From an uncultured Bacilli bacterium (GTDB lineage: Bacteria > Bacillota_I > Bacilli_A > RF39 > UBA660): a stretch of 64,000 bases of DNA. Made by a program: the position numbers and the translations under genes. This document shows positions 44,337-54,649 of this stretch, piece by piece. Every line of letters starts with the position of its first letter. Position 1 is the stretch's first letter. The notes below the pieces were generated by a model. The model saw only the letters and a list, made by a program, of their open reading frames with translations, was not told the DNA's origin and did not search any database. Location of the stretch: positions 1,257 through 65,256 of the forward strand of contig CANRDU010000005.1 in the NCBI GenBank assembly GCA_947629445.1, in the 5' to 3' direction.

Positions 44337-44612
44337 TTACCTTTTTGATAAAATTTGTTGTTTGGGAGGTTGTTCTGATTTAGAGAAAATTAAGTTCTGT
44401 ATTAGCAATTGTTCATTTTCGTCCAATGTGCAAGGTTGAACATTTACGTTTCCTTGTTGTGTTAAAAAATGGAATACATTCTCTACGGGTGTAATAGTTT
44501 TAGCAGCTTTGCTATATAAAAAATAGTCGCTAATAAAATCAGATTTACGAAGGACAACGATGATGGTATCTTTTTTTCGTGAATTTACATAGTACTTTAA
44601 TGGACCTAGCAT
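44337..44612 (-). CDS. hypothetical small protein
   Basis: 91-aa ORF with an upstream GGGGAGG RBS (minus strand). Confidence 0.45.
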   Translation of the reverse strand: MLGPLKYYVNSRKKDTIIVVLRKSDFISDYFLYSKAAKTITPVENVFHFLTQQGNVNVQPCTLDENEQLLIQNLIFSKSEQPPKQQILSKR

Positions 44613-44744
44613 TTCCTATACCTCCCCATCAATTAACTGTATTGTATTATAAATCAATGGAAAAGTCAATTTATCGTTTTTTGTCATGAAAAAAAATAAA
44701 AAATGGAAAGAAAGATGAATATATTCTCATTAGGAGGGTATACT

Positions 44745-47258
44745 ATGAAGAAGGAATTGGGATTAACCGAAGAAGAAGTAGTACAAAATAGAAAATTATA
44801 TGGAACGAATGAAATAGGAAATTATAAACAAAACAGTTTTCTTCACTTAGTATTACAATCTTTAGGAGATCCTATTATTCGTATTTTATTAATTGCATTA
44901 GCGGTTAAAATGCTTTTTTTGATGAGAAGTTTTGATTGGTATGAAACCATAGGTATTGTTTTAGCAATCTTTATGGCTTCCTTTATCTCTAGCATTTCCG
45001 AATATGGAAGTGATAAAGCATTTGCTAAACTGATGGAAGAATCAGCGAAAATGAAGTGTCGTGTCAAACGAAATGGAAAAAAAATAGAGATTCCTATTCA
45101 GGAAGTAGTTAAGGGAGATCTGGTTTATTTAGAAAGTGGAGATAAAGTTCCGGCTGATGGTAAAATATTAAAAGGCAGTATTCATGTCGATGAATCTAGT
45201 TTAAATGGAGAAAGTAAAGAAGTGAAAAAGAGTATTGCTAATGAAGTATTGCGAGGAAGTGTCGTTGTACTTGGGGAAGCTATTATGGAAGTCCAAAATG
45301 TGGGAATCAATACGTTCTATGGAAAAATGGCGAGTGAATTAAAGATAGAACAACCCATGAGTCCTTTAAAATTACGTTTAACGGGACTAGCCTCTCTTAT
45401 TAGTAAAATTGGATATGCAAGTGCTTTTATTATTTTGATATCCTATTTACTTTTAAATGGTCTCACGTTAGAAAATGTTTTTTATGCTTTAACATTATCG
45501 GTTACGATTATCATTGTATGTGTTCCAGAGGGATTGCCTATGATGGTTACGTTAGTTCTTTCTTCTAATATGAAAAGAATGCTAAAAGATAATGTATTAG
45601 TACGTAAACTAGTAGGTATTGAAACCGCTGGTAGTCTAAATATCTTATTTACGGATAAAACAGGGACTTTAACAAAAGGAGAATTAGAAGTAGTAAAATA
45701 TGTAGCTGGCAATTTAAAGGAATACACCTATGAAGAAGTAAGTAAAACAAAATTATCACGAATTGTCCATATTTCTTGTGCGATAAATAATGCCAGTAGT
45801 TTTGATCAAGGAAAAATAATTGGCGGTAATATTACGGATAAAGCTATCTTAAAATTCGTCAAAAGTAATCCTTATTCTATCTATAAAGAAAAGGTAATTC
45901 CTTTTTCTAGTAAAGATAAATATGCTATTACAACGATTGAAGATGGAAAAAGAATTCATTTAATTAAAGGAGCTCCTGAAAAAATATTGCCTTATTGTAA
46001 GTATTATTATAATGAACTAGGAAAGACGGATTATGTAAATCGCACTAAAATAACCAAATATATACAAGAAAAGGCAAGTGAAGGGATTCGTATTTTGGCA
46101 TTAGCTACTTCTACGCAAAAAGAAGTATTACCTTTTCAGAATTTAACACTCGTTGGTTTTTTATTAATTAAAGATGATATCAGACCACACGTTGTCGAAG
46201 GATTAGAATTGGTTAAAAAAGCTCATGTTCAAACCGTTATGTTAACAGGAGATAATAAAGAGACAGCGATATCCATTGCTCAAGAATTAAAAATATTAGA
46301 ACCTGGAGATATTGTTTTGACAAGTGAGGATTTAAACAAACTAGATGATGTAGAGTTAAAAGGGTTATTACCAAAATTAAAAGTAGTAGCGAGAATGTTA
46401 CCACATGATAAAAGTAGATTAATTCGTATTTGTCAAGAATTAGACCTAGTAGTGGGTATGACAGGAGATGGAGTGAATGATGCTCCTGCTTTAAAAAGGG
46501 CAGATGTAGGATTTAGTATGGGAAGTGGAACAGAAGTTGCCAAAGAGGCGAGTGATATTGTTATTTTAGATAATAATTTTTTATCGATTAGTAAAGCAAT
46601 TCTCTATGGAAGGACTATTTTTAAAAGTATTCGAAAATTTATTATTCTACAATTAACCATCAATTTATGTGCATTAAGTTTAAGTATTATTGGACCATTT
46701 GTTGGAATTGATACACCAGTTACGGTTGTGCAAATGTTATGGATTAATATGGTTATGGATACTTTAGCAGGACTTGCTTTTGCTTTTGAGCCACCTCTTT
46801 TAGAATATATGGAAGAAAAACCAAAAGACAAAAATGAAGCAATTATGAATTCTTATATGTATAGTGAAATATTATGGACCGGTCTATTATCTTCTTTCCT
46901 CTGCTTTTTCTTTTTAAAGTCAGATTGGATTCGTTCTTTTTATACTTCGGATGCTTCTTTGCTCTCAGCCTTTTTTGGTCTCTTTATTTTTATTGATATT
47001 TTTAATAGTTTTAATGCTCGTACACAGCGTTTAAATTTACTGGCTAATATTTTAAAAAATAAAGTATTTATTGCCATTATTTCTTTTATAGTGATTATTC
47101 AGTTGTTGCTCATCTATTTTGGTGGAAGTGCTTTCCGAACGATTGGACTTACTTTCCCTGAATTAGAAATGATGATTTTAATAGCTTTTTTAGTAATCCC
47201 AATCGATTGGATTCGCAAATTTTATTTAAAATCTAAAAATGAAAATCACGGTGTATAA
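44745..47258 (+). CDS. calcium-translocating P-type ATPase (type IIA, YloB/PMCA-like)
   Basis: LTEEEVVQNRKLYGTNE, TGES, PEGLP, phosphorylation site DKTGTLT, TGDNKETA, GDGVNDAPALK. AGGAGGG RBS before ATG 44745. Confidence 0.9.
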   Translation: MKKELGLTEEEVVQNRKLYGTNEIGNYKQNSFLHLVLQSLGDPIIRILLIALAVKMLFLMRSFDWYETIGIVLAIFMASFISSISEYGSDKAFAKLMEESAKMKCRVKRNGKKIEIPIQEVVKGDLVYLESGDKVPADGKILKGSIHVDESSLNGESKEVKKSIANEVLRGSVVVLGEAIMEVQNVGINTFYGKMASELKIEQPMSPLKLRLTGLASLISKIGYASAFIILISYLLLNGLTLENVFYALTLSVTIIIVCVPEGLPMMVTLVLSSNMKRMLKDNVLVRKLVGIETAGSLNILFTDKTGTLTKGELEVVKYVAGNLKEYTYEEVSKTKLSRIVHISCAINNASSFDQGKIIGGNITDKAILKFVKSNPYSIYKEKVIPFSSKDKYAITTIEDGKRIHLIKGAPEKILPYCKYYYNELGKTDYVNRTKITKYIQEKASEGIRILALATSTQKEVLPFQNLTLVGFLLIKDDIRPHVVEGLELVKKAHVQTVMLTGDNKETAISIAQELKILEPGDIVLTSEDLNKLDDVELKGLLPKLKVVARMLPHDKSRLIRICQELDLVVGMTGDGVNDAPALKRADVGFSMGSGTEVAKEASDIVILDNNFLSISKAILYGRTIFKSIRKFIILQLTINLCALSLSIIGPFVGIDTPVTVVQMLWINMVMDTLAGLAFAFEPPLLEYMEEKPKDKNEAIMNSYMYSEILWTGLLSSFLCFFFLKSDWIRSFYTSDASLLSAFFGLFIFIDIFNSFNARTQRLNLLANILKNKVFIAIISFIVIIQLLLIYFGGSAFRTIGLTFPELEMMILIAFLVIPIDWIRKFYLKSKNENHGV

Positions 47259-47298
47259 AATGATGCTTTTTACCCAAACTATTAAGGGAGGGGATAAA

Positions 47299-47829
47299 GT
47301 GAAAAAGTGGCTTATTAGTTTTCTTTGTATATTCGCACTCGTTGGATGTTCTATCGGAACCGATATGACAAATACACCAACCAAAAAAGTAGAAGCTTAT
47401 ATGGATGGTTATCAAAAGTTAGATGATTCTGTAGTCAATGACATCGATGCACTTGTCAATAATACCAAATATACAGTAGAGCAAAAAACTCGCTATAAAG
47501 AATTAATGAAAAAACATTATAAAGATTTAAAATATGAAATTAAAGAAGAAAAAATAAATGGCGACAAAGCAACTGTAGAAGTAGAGGTAGAAGTAAAAGA
47601 CTATAGTAAGGTTTTATCATCTAATGTTATTCCAGACGAGATTAAAGACGAAGAAGGAAACTATAGTGAAGAAGCTTACTACGATTATCAATTAACACAA
47701 ATGGAACAAGTTAAAGAAACTGCTAAATATACCATTACATTTTATTTAACGAAAACAAATGATGAATGGAAAATTGATGATTTAAGCGAAGCTACAAAGC
47801 AAAAAATACACGGTATATACATATACTAA
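47299..47829 (+). CDS. lipoprotein, unknown function
   Basis: GTG 47299 follows AAGGGAGGGG. Lipobox FALVGC. Confidence 0.65.
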   Translation: MKKWLISFLCIFALVGCSIGTDMTNTPTKKVEAYMDGYQKLDDSVVNDIDALVNNTKYTVEQKTRYKELMKKHYKDLKYEIKEEKINGDKATVEVEVEVKDYSKVLSSNVIPDEIKDEEGNYSEEAYYDYQLTQMEQVKETAKYTITFYLTKTNDEWKIDDLSEATKQKIHGIYIY

Positions 47830-47840
47830 GTGTATTTTTT

Positions 47841-47849
47841 TTGGTATAA
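47841..47849 (+). promoter_or_regulatory. extended -10 (TGGTATAAT)
   Basis: Located 25 nt upstream of the AGGAGG RBS of gene 47874. Confidence 0.5.
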
Positions 47850-47873
47850 TAAAAGCATAATTAGGAGGTTATT

Positions 47874-48116
47874 ATGGAGTTTGAAGTAGGTAAAGTAGCA
47901 TCTTATGATGGTTATTGTGGGACAGTGATATCCCAAAATGGAAAATATATGTTTTTAAATGAGGATATTGTAGAAGAGAAAAATCTTGAGGAAGGTCAAT
48001 TAGTAGCTTTTCGAGGAGAAGAAGTACAAGGGGAGAAAAGAGCATATTTTATTAGGAACCTTGAAAAAGTTTTAAATGGTAAAGAAAAGCAAAAAAGTTT
48101 AGAAGATAGAAGGTAG
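47874..48116 (+). CDS. small cold-shock-domain-like (OB-fold) protein
   Basis: GKVASYDGYCGTVISQNGKYMFLNEDIV...LEEGQLVAF...KRAYFI parallels the CspA strand pattern G.V.W....G.GFI...G.DVF.H...I....L.EGQ.V.F. Confidence 0.45.
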   Translation: MEFEVGKVASYDGYCGTVISQNGKYMFLNEDIVEEKNLEEGQLVAFRGEEVQGEKRAYFIRNLEKVLNGKEKQKSLEDRR

Positions 48117-48119
48117 TTT

Positions 48120-51100
48120 ATGAATTTATATTGGACATTTGAAAAAGAGAAACAAGATTTACAAGATAAATTTTCGAAAGGGGATTTACACCTTACAGAC
48201 TTGGAGAAGTATGTCTTAGAGCATGATGAAGATGTCTTCTATGCATTTCTTCAAGTTGTTATGGATCATGCCGATTCCTTGCCTCCGGAAATAGACGATT
48301 TACTAACGTATGAGCTTGGAGACATTCAAATTGATTTGGAAAGGGTACCAAAAGGATTCTTCTATGAATATGCGAGTTCTTCTTTAGCCAAGGGAAAGGT
48401 GGAACTAGAGGAGTATACTGATTTTTTAACACCAGAAGAAATGTCATCCCTATGGGGAAAATTAAAAGAGCATTTACAAGATCCAAACTACCATTTAGCG
48501 ATTCGAACGAAAATGGATTCGTATGAGGCTGCAGATGCTATTTTGGAATCTGGAAGATTTGACTTATTGGAACCTCTAAGCGATGTAAAATTAGTGATTA
48601 ACGATAAAAATAGAGAATTAATAGAGGACTATCTATCTACACATTTAGTTCCCAATTATTTATTTGCTTATCGAAAAGAGTTAGATATTCATTTAACTCG
48701 CTTTAAACTGGAAACTTTAATACAGTCTTTTTATACGGTTAGTAATGATGAAAAAGCACAAATAATGGATATAGTATGGCGAGTATTAAGAGATCCTACT
48801 ACGGATTTAGAATCTATAAAAAATAGAGTTTCTTTTGAAAATTGTTTTGAGTATTTACCGGATGATCAAAAAGAATCGTTTTTAAATCTGTTAGTAGATA
48901 GAGGTTGTATTTATAAGATGGCAATTTATGTTCCCAGTAACTTATGCCCAAGAGATGATAGTTTCTTTGAAAGAGTAGCAACTTCTATTCAAAATGGTTC
49001 TATCGTTTTTGATTCCCGTGATATGAATTTTGGATTCTTTAACAATAGTAAAGAAATTTGGTTGAACAAGCCTAATATCATGTCTGCGTTAATAGAGAGT
49101 GGTCAAATTAAATTTGCCAAGAGTAGCCCGTTATATCCAGAATATCTTCCTCGGATTATTGAAAATATTAAGAATCATAATCCTAATTATCACTTGGACG
49201 AATTTCCACATATTTATGTTGAAGAATCGAAAGAACTTGCTCAATTGCTACTACAACCGGAATATTTAATGGAAAACTTTTCCTTTGATCAATTCCATGA
49301 CGATATGAAAAGTCTCATTATTAAACGAGTAAAAGAAGGATATGTTTTCTATGCACTAGGCGATATGGATGTTATTAATCAAGCAATAGAATATGGAAAT
49401 TTTGAATTCTTTTTAAAGAACTCTTCTACCAACGGTATTTTATCGGAACGTGCTTGTGAAATTCTTCTAGAAAAAATAAAAAGTGATTTTCACTTTGCTA
49501 CTAGGATATCTCATCGTATAGAATTAATGGGTCAAAATCCAAAAATATTACATTTTTATCTCACTTCTTGTGAGGAATTCATTGAAGATATATTAGATAA
49601 AATTAGTCATAGACAGGATGCTCAAAAATTTTATACAGAAGAAACATATGCTGTCTTACGAGAATATTTTGCCCATACCTATGAGCTTCCAATTGAACAC
49701 TTGGATAAGTTAGAAAAACGTTTTGGTCCTTATATTACTGGTTATATTCAAAATGGAACGATTCAGGAGATTTTAAAATTAAATGATGATGCTTTTGAAA
49801 AATTATTAACCCTTTTTCCAGAAGAACCTTTTACGATGGATTTGGTAAATGCGTATTATGATTCTTTAAAACAATATGCTTTTGGTAAAACGGAAGAGGA
49901 TGTTATACAAATTTTTGTAAGATTGAAAAATGCAGCGATTGACCATACGGATGTTACTCCAGAAGATTTTAATCAATTAGCTTCTGTTATGGATGATGAA
50001 TTTTATCGTAGAGTGATGAGTAGTTATCCACAATATATTGATATTTGTCGCCATAATCCGATAGTTTTTTTACAGAAACTTATGGAAGGCATTGGGTCAG
50101 GACATCCTAAACTTCAGCAAGAGTCTTTAGAAATTTTACATACGATTACGGATTATTATATAGCGCAAAAAAGAGAACAATACCGTTCTAAGAATGATAT
50201 GTATAAAGAATTAAAAATTCCTTACTCTATTGACCCTAAGGAATTGGAACGAAAATGGATGATTTATGCATTGCAGGAAAGACATATTTTTCAAAAAGAA
50301 TCGCAATTTATTTCGGTTTATGATATGGTAATCAATAAATTAAAAGATTGCGGAATGGATGATTCTTTAGCCCAGGATGTTTTAGCATACTACTTGAAAG
50401 AAGATAAAACTTATCTTCATACGGAATCAGAAATAAAACCTAGATTGAGAGAAGTATCTAAAGTTTTAAAAGAAAGCAGTCAGTTTCTTTTTAAGGGTAT
50501 GAATCCAAAGAAGGATAATTTGGTGGAAAGGTTAGATAGAGACTCTTTACTGAAAAGGGTTTATGAAATTCCTGATGCAGCATGTGATTATTATCAGTTT
50601 TTAGCGACGTTACGACCAGATTCCCTCGTAAAAAATGTTTTTGCTAATGAAGAGGTTTATCAATCTTTACGAGGAATTATGAAAAAGTACCGTGTTCATA
50701 AAATGCCAGATTTTTTCCAATCCTTATTATCTTCATCAGATGTTCAGATATCTGGGGATATTTCGAATCTTGCCGGTTTTATGTCCTACTTTCACCAAAT
50801 CTATGAAGATGAGCAAAAACGTCTTCAAAGTTTAGGAAAAGATAGTTCTAAAATTACATTGACGCTTCCTTCTATTTTACGTACGGCTGAAATTTATGCC
50901 TCAGTTTCAAGCGTTTATCAGCAATTTTTAGGCTTTGAAGATGCTCGTCTTGTCCAACAGAATAAAGGACCGAACGAGGCACATAGAAAAGTTTCTAAGA
51001 ATGAAAGATTAAATTGTGCTCTCGAATATACTCTTTCTAACTTTAGACGGACGGGGGTTACTGTTCCCTCTATGAATGAAGTTTTAACTTTGCCATCTGA

Positions 51101-51932
51101 GAAAAAAATGAGAGTGATTGTTGGAAATTTTACTCATCCAAGCAATATTACTCATGGTGAGAGAACAGGAGCCTGTATGCGTATTGGTGGTGTAGGAGAC
51201 AGTTTATATGATTTCTGTTTAAAAAACGTTAATGGATTTCACATTCGTTTTGAAAATCCAACAACAAGAGAATATATATCGAGAGTATCAGGATTCCGTA
51301 ATGGAAATACAGTCTTTTTAAACGAACTAAGATATAGTTGTAATACTAAGGCTTATGCGAATCAAGATATAATAGATGCTTGTCAGGAAATTGCCAAATT
51401 ACTGATTGAAAGAAGTAAGGATAGTTCTTGTCCTATTCAAAATGTGGTTGTTCATCAAGCTTATGCAACCCAGGGTTTAGAAGAAATTCCTCTTGGTATT
51501 TCTAGTTGTAAAACAGGTCTTCCTTATTTCTATTCGGATATTTCGACTACGGGGATTTTACTTGCTTCTGCAACTGGTTCTTTAGTTCCAATTGATTTTA
51601 ATAAAGAAAATGTCCCTACGTATTTGCCTGCTAGAGAAGTTCCATTAGAATTTTCTGATAAGAATCAATTTGCTAACGGCGTTAATCGTGTTCATGCTAT
51701 TCGTTATGCTTTAGAAAACGAAAATGCGGAATATGTAGAGCCTTTAAACATTGAAGACAATATTGCCTACGGCATTTTATCGCAAGATTGGTATGTGTAT
51801 ATGGATTACGAAGGAGTTATACATGAAGAATATATTTCGATTGATGCAAGAGCAAAAGCAGAGTTAGAAGAAGCACGCAAAATGGTTTCACAATACCAAC
51901 TTCCGCAATTAGAAGAAGGTTATCAAATGTAA
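48120..51932 (+). CDS. 1270-aa hypothetical protein (no recognised domain)
   Basis: Uninterrupted ORF. It starts 3 nt after the stop of the 80-aa gene. No P-loop, HExxH or other catalytic motif seen. Conserved-looking C-terminal block THGERTGACMRIGGVGDSLYDFC...GFRNGNTVFLNELR. Confidence 0.7.
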   Translation: MNLYWTFEKEKQDLQDKFSKGDLHLTDLEKYVLEHDEDVFYAFLQVVMDHADSLPPEIDDLLTYELGDIQIDLERVPKGFFYEYASSSLAKGKVELEEYTDFLTPEEMSSLWGKLKEHLQDPNYHLAIRTKMDSYEAADAILESGRFDLLEPLSDVKLVINDKNRELIEDYLSTHLVPNYLFAYRKELDIHLTRFKLETLIQSFYTVSNDEKAQIMDIVWRVLRDPTTDLESIKNRVSFENCFEYLPDDQKESFLNLLVDRGCIYKMAIYVPSNLCPRDDSFFERVATSIQNGSIVFDSRDMNFGFFNNSKEIWLNKPNIMSALIESGQIKFAKSSPLYPEYLPRIIENIKNHNPNYHLDEFPHIYVEESKELAQLLLQPEYLMENFSFDQFHDDMKSLIIKRVKEGYVFYALGDMDVINQAIEYGNFEFFLKNSSTNGILSERACEILLEKIKSDFHFATRISHRIELMGQNPKILHFYLTSCEEFIEDILDKISHRQDAQKFYTEETYAVLREYFAHTYELPIEHLDKLEKRFGPYITGYIQNGTIQEILKLNDDAFEKLLTLFPEEPFTMDLVNAYYDSLKQYAFGKTEEDVIQIFVRLKNAAIDHTDVTPEDFNQLASVMDDEFYRRVMSSYPQYIDICRHNPIVFLQKLMEGIGSGHPKLQQESLEILHTITDYYIAQKREQYRSKNDMYKELKIPYSIDPKELERKWMIYALQERHIFQKESQFISVYDMVINKLKDCGMDDSLAQDVLAYYLKEDKTYLHTESEIKPRLREVSKVLKESSQFLFKGMNPKKDNLVERLDRDSLLKRVYEIPDAACDYYQFLATLRPDSLVKNVFANEEVYQSLRGIMKKYRVHKMPDFFQSLLSSSDVQISGDISNLAGFMSYFHQIYEDEQKRLQSLGKDSSKITLTLPSILRTAEIYASVSSVYQQFLGFEDARLVQQNKGPNEAHRKVSKNERLNCALEYTLSNFRRTGVTVPSMNEVLTLPSEKKMRVIVGNFTHPSNITHGERTGACMRIGGVGDSLYDFCLKNVNGFHIRFENPTTREYISRVSGFRNGNTVFLNELRYSCNTKAYANQDIIDACQEIAKLLIERSKDSSCPIQNVVVHQAYATQGLEEIPLGISSCKTGLPYFYSDISTTGILLASATGSLVPIDFNKENVPTYLPAREVPLEFSDKNQFANGVNRVHAIRYALENENAEYVEPLNIEDNIAYGILSQDWYVYMDYEGVIHEEYISIDARAKAELEEARKMVSQYQLPQLEEGYQM

Positions 51933-51957
51933 AAAGTCCGCATATTGCGGATTTTTT
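51931..51957 (+). terminator. intrinsic terminator
   Basis: TCCGCA / TGCGGA stem extended by A/T pairs, followed by T6. Confidence 0.65.
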
Positions 51958-52024
51958 CATGGTTCCCTGGTGAAGAAATGGACTAAAATAAAAGCTTGTT
52001 TCATATAGTGGATTAGGTGATAAC

Positions 52025-53083
52025 ATGAACAAATGGTGGGTGTTATTTTTTTCCATTTTATTAGTAGTACCTAGTTCTGCTGGAGCAATCACAACAAGTG
52101 CGCAAAGTGCGATATTAATGGATATGGATTCTAAGAGAATTTTGTATGCTAAAAATATACATGAAGTAAGAAGTGTTGCTAGTATTTCCAAAATCATGAC
52201 AGCAGTACTTGCCATTGAATCTGGTAAATTAGATGATACCGTAGTCATTGGGGATGAAATTGATCAAAGTTATGGCTCTGGTATTTATATTCAAAAAGGG
52301 GAAGAAATGACTTTACGAGATTTGGTATACGGTTTGATGCTTAGAAGTGGTAATGATGCTTCTTATGCCATTGCCAAATATGTAGGGGGAGATTCTTTTG
52401 TGGATATGATGAATGAAAAAGCTAAGGAAATTGGAATGACGGAAACGGCTTTTCATAATCCGAATGGCTTAGATGAAGAGGAAGGAAATTATTCCAGTGC
52501 TTATGATATGGCGCTTCTTGCCAGTTATGCTATGCAACTAGAGGAGTACCGGAAAATTGTGGGAACGAAAACGCACAGAGTAAAAACGAATAAGAATACG
52601 TATTATTGGATAAATAAACATAAATTATTATTTCAATATGAAGATATGTTGGGTGGAAAAACAGGATACACTCAAAAGGCAAAAAGGACATTGGTATCTT
52701 CTGCTTCCAGAGATAATTTAAATTTAGTGGTTGTTACTTTAAACGATGGAAATGATTTCGTTGATCATGTCGCTTTATTTGAATATGGATTTAATAATTA
52801 TAAAAGTTTTCCTATTTTAGAAAAGGGGGTTTTATCTATCTATGACAAATTATATTATGGAAATTATGTTTTAAGTATCCCTAAAAATTTTTCCTATCCG
52901 ATTGCGGAAGGGGAAGATATTACTATTAAGTTTGAATTAGCAGATGAACCAAAAGAGGGAAATGTGGGTTTTGCAAAAGTTTATTTGGATAATGAAGAAG
53001 TCTATAGAGAGACAATTGTCTCACAGAAGACGCTTGTTTATCATAAAGAATTATTAGGATGGTTTCATACCAATGGTAAGTAA
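52025..53083 (+). CDS. dacB: D-alanyl-D-alanine carboxypeptidase (S11, sporulation-type)
   Basis: Signal peptide, SxxK (ASISKIMT), SGN (RSGND), KTG (GKTGYT). Followed by spmA-spmB, as in Bacillus. Confidence 0.88.
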   Translation: MNKWWVLFFSILLVVPSSAGAITTSAQSAILMDMDSKRILYAKNIHEVRSVASISKIMTAVLAIESGKLDDTVVIGDEIDQSYGSGIYIQKGEEMTLRDLVYGLMLRSGNDASYAIAKYVGGDSFVDMMNEKAKEIGMTETAFHNPNGLDEEEGNYSSAYDMALLASYAMQLEEYRKIVGTKTHRVKTNKNTYYWINKHKLLFQYEDMLGGKTGYTQKAKRTLVSSASRDNLNLVVVTLNDGNDFVDHVALFEYGFNNYKSFPILEKGVLSIYDKLYYGNYVLSIPKNFSYPIAEGEDITIKFELADEPKEGNVGFAKVYLDNEEVYRETIVSQKTLVYHKELLGWFHTNGK

Positions 53084-53654
53084 AATCTGGGGATATTTTA
53101 TTATCATAGGAATTGTTTTTAGTTTAATCAGTGGAAATGCTGTTAAAATTAATGAGACAATTCTTATGAGTACCAAAACAAGTTTAGAACTATTACTGCA
53201 AATTTTCCCTGTTATTGCCCTTTGGTTAGGAATTGCCAATATTGCTACGGTAAGCGGACTACTAGAAAAATTAGCAAAATCTCTGACAAAGGTTTTAGGT
53301 CCACTTTTTCCAGAAATTCCTAAAAATCACATTTCTCTAAGTTACATTGCTAGTAATATTATTGCTAACGTATTTGGTTTAGGAAATGCAGCGACTCCCT
53401 TTGGCTTAAAAGCGATGAGTAGTTTACAAGAGTTAAATACCGATAAGAGTAAAGCTAGTAGAAGTATGATAACTTTTACGACTATCAATACGAGTGGGGT
53501 CACGATTGTGCCGACTACAATTATTGCTCTAAGAATCCTTTATGGAAGTAGTAATCCGACTGCTACAGTCGTATCTACATTAATTGCGACTTCTTTAGCA
53601 ACTTTAGCAGGCTTACTATTTGATTATTTGTTTGCTCGGAGGTCTCATGAGTAA
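53073..53654 (+). CDS. spmA: spore maturation protein A
   Basis: Nucleoside-recognition/Gate-type membrane protein. It overlaps the dacB end by 11 nt. Synteny with dacB and spmB. Confidence 0.8.
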   Translation: MVSKIWGYFIIIGIVFSLISGNAVKINETILMSTKTSLELLLQIFPVIALWLGIANIATVSGLLEKLAKSLTKVLGPLFPEIPKNHISLSYIASNIIANVFGLGNAATPFGLKAMSSLQELNTDKSKASRSMITFTTINTSGVTIVPTTIIALRILYGSSNPTATVVSTLIATSLATLAGLLFDYLFARRSHE

Positions 53655-54150
53655 TTACATTCTTCCTTTCATGGTATTAGGAATTGTGGCATATGGTCTA
53701 GTCAAAAAAATAGACCTGTATGATACTTTTTTAGAAGGTAGTAAAGAAAGTTTTAAAATGTGTCTGACGATTTTTCCAAACTTACTTGCTATGATTATTA
53801 GTGTTAATATTTTGATTGACAGTGGTATTCTTGAATTTTTGATTAACTTACTTTTGCCTCTTTTAAAAGTACCGATTGAAGTAATCTCGCTTGCTATCAT
53901 GCGACCGATTAGTGGGAATGCTACACTAGCTCTTTTAAACACGATTTACACCAAATATGGAGTAGATCATTTCTATAGTTTGTTAGCATCTACTATACAG
54001 GGGTGTACCGATACTACCTTATACGTCATCGCTCTTTATTATGGAAGTATTGGGATTAAAAAGACTAGATATGCCCTAAAGGCAAGTTTACTTGCCGATG
54101 TAGTAGGAATTACAGCCAGTATTCTAGTATGTCACTTCTTATTCGGTTGA
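53647..54150 (+). CDS. spmB: spore maturation protein B
   Basis: Membrane protein. ATG 53647 overlaps the spmA stop. Conserved dacB-spmA-spmB order. Confidence 0.8.
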   Translation: MSNYILPFMVLGIVAYGLVKKIDLYDTFLEGSKESFKMCLTIFPNLLAMIISVNILIDSGILEFLINLLLPLLKVPIEVISLAIMRPISGNATLALLNTIYTKYGVDHFYSLLASTIQGCTDTTLYVIALYYGSIGIKKTRYALKASLLADVVGITASILVCHFLFG

Positions 54151-54195
54151 AATTTTTAGGGTTGTTTGATATAATGAACGAGGAGGAAGATAACT

Positions 54196-54621
54196 ATGAA
54201 AAAACTTAGTTTAATAGTTCTTGCCAGTTTATTTTTATTAACTGGATGTGGAAAAAATCGTTTAGTTTGTACTTATGAAGAGAGTGGAGCAGGGTTTGAA
54301 TCTAAAACCACTTATACATTTACCTTTACAGATGAAAAAGTCAAAAAAGCTATGATGAAGACTACTACAACATTGCTTGATGATAATAACAATAAAGAGT
54401 CTATTGAAGCTTATAAGGAACTTGCTGAATCATCTGCTAATGACTACAATAAAGAAGAAGGGGTTTCTGCTAAGGTTTCTAATAATAAAAATAAAATAAC
54501 CATTACCGTAGAAATAGAAGCAGCCAAATTATCATTGGAAGCACTTAATAATTATGGGTTAGATTATGGTAAAGAAGATTTAACAGGAGAATTGGAGAAT
54601 ATGGGATATTCTTGTAAGTAA
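54196..54621 (+). CDS. small lipoprotein
   Basis: GAGGAGGA RBS. Lipobox LFLLTGCG. Confidence 0.7.
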   Translation: MKKLSLIVLASLFLLTGCGKNRLVCTYEESGAGFESKTTYTFTFTDEKVKKAMMKTTTTLLDDNNNKESIEAYKELAESSANDYNKEEGVSAKVSNNKNKITITVEIEAAKLSLEALNNYGLDYGKEDLTGELENMGYSCK

Positions 54622-54649
54622 TATCCTTTTTCTTTTATAGAGGTTTAAG

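Noticed and set aside
51817-52248. 143-aa minus-strand ORF bridging the end of the 1270-aa gene and the start of dacB
   Set aside because: It is antisense to two well-supported genes and runs through their terminator and promoter region. It has no RBS and a low-complexity hydrophobic composition.
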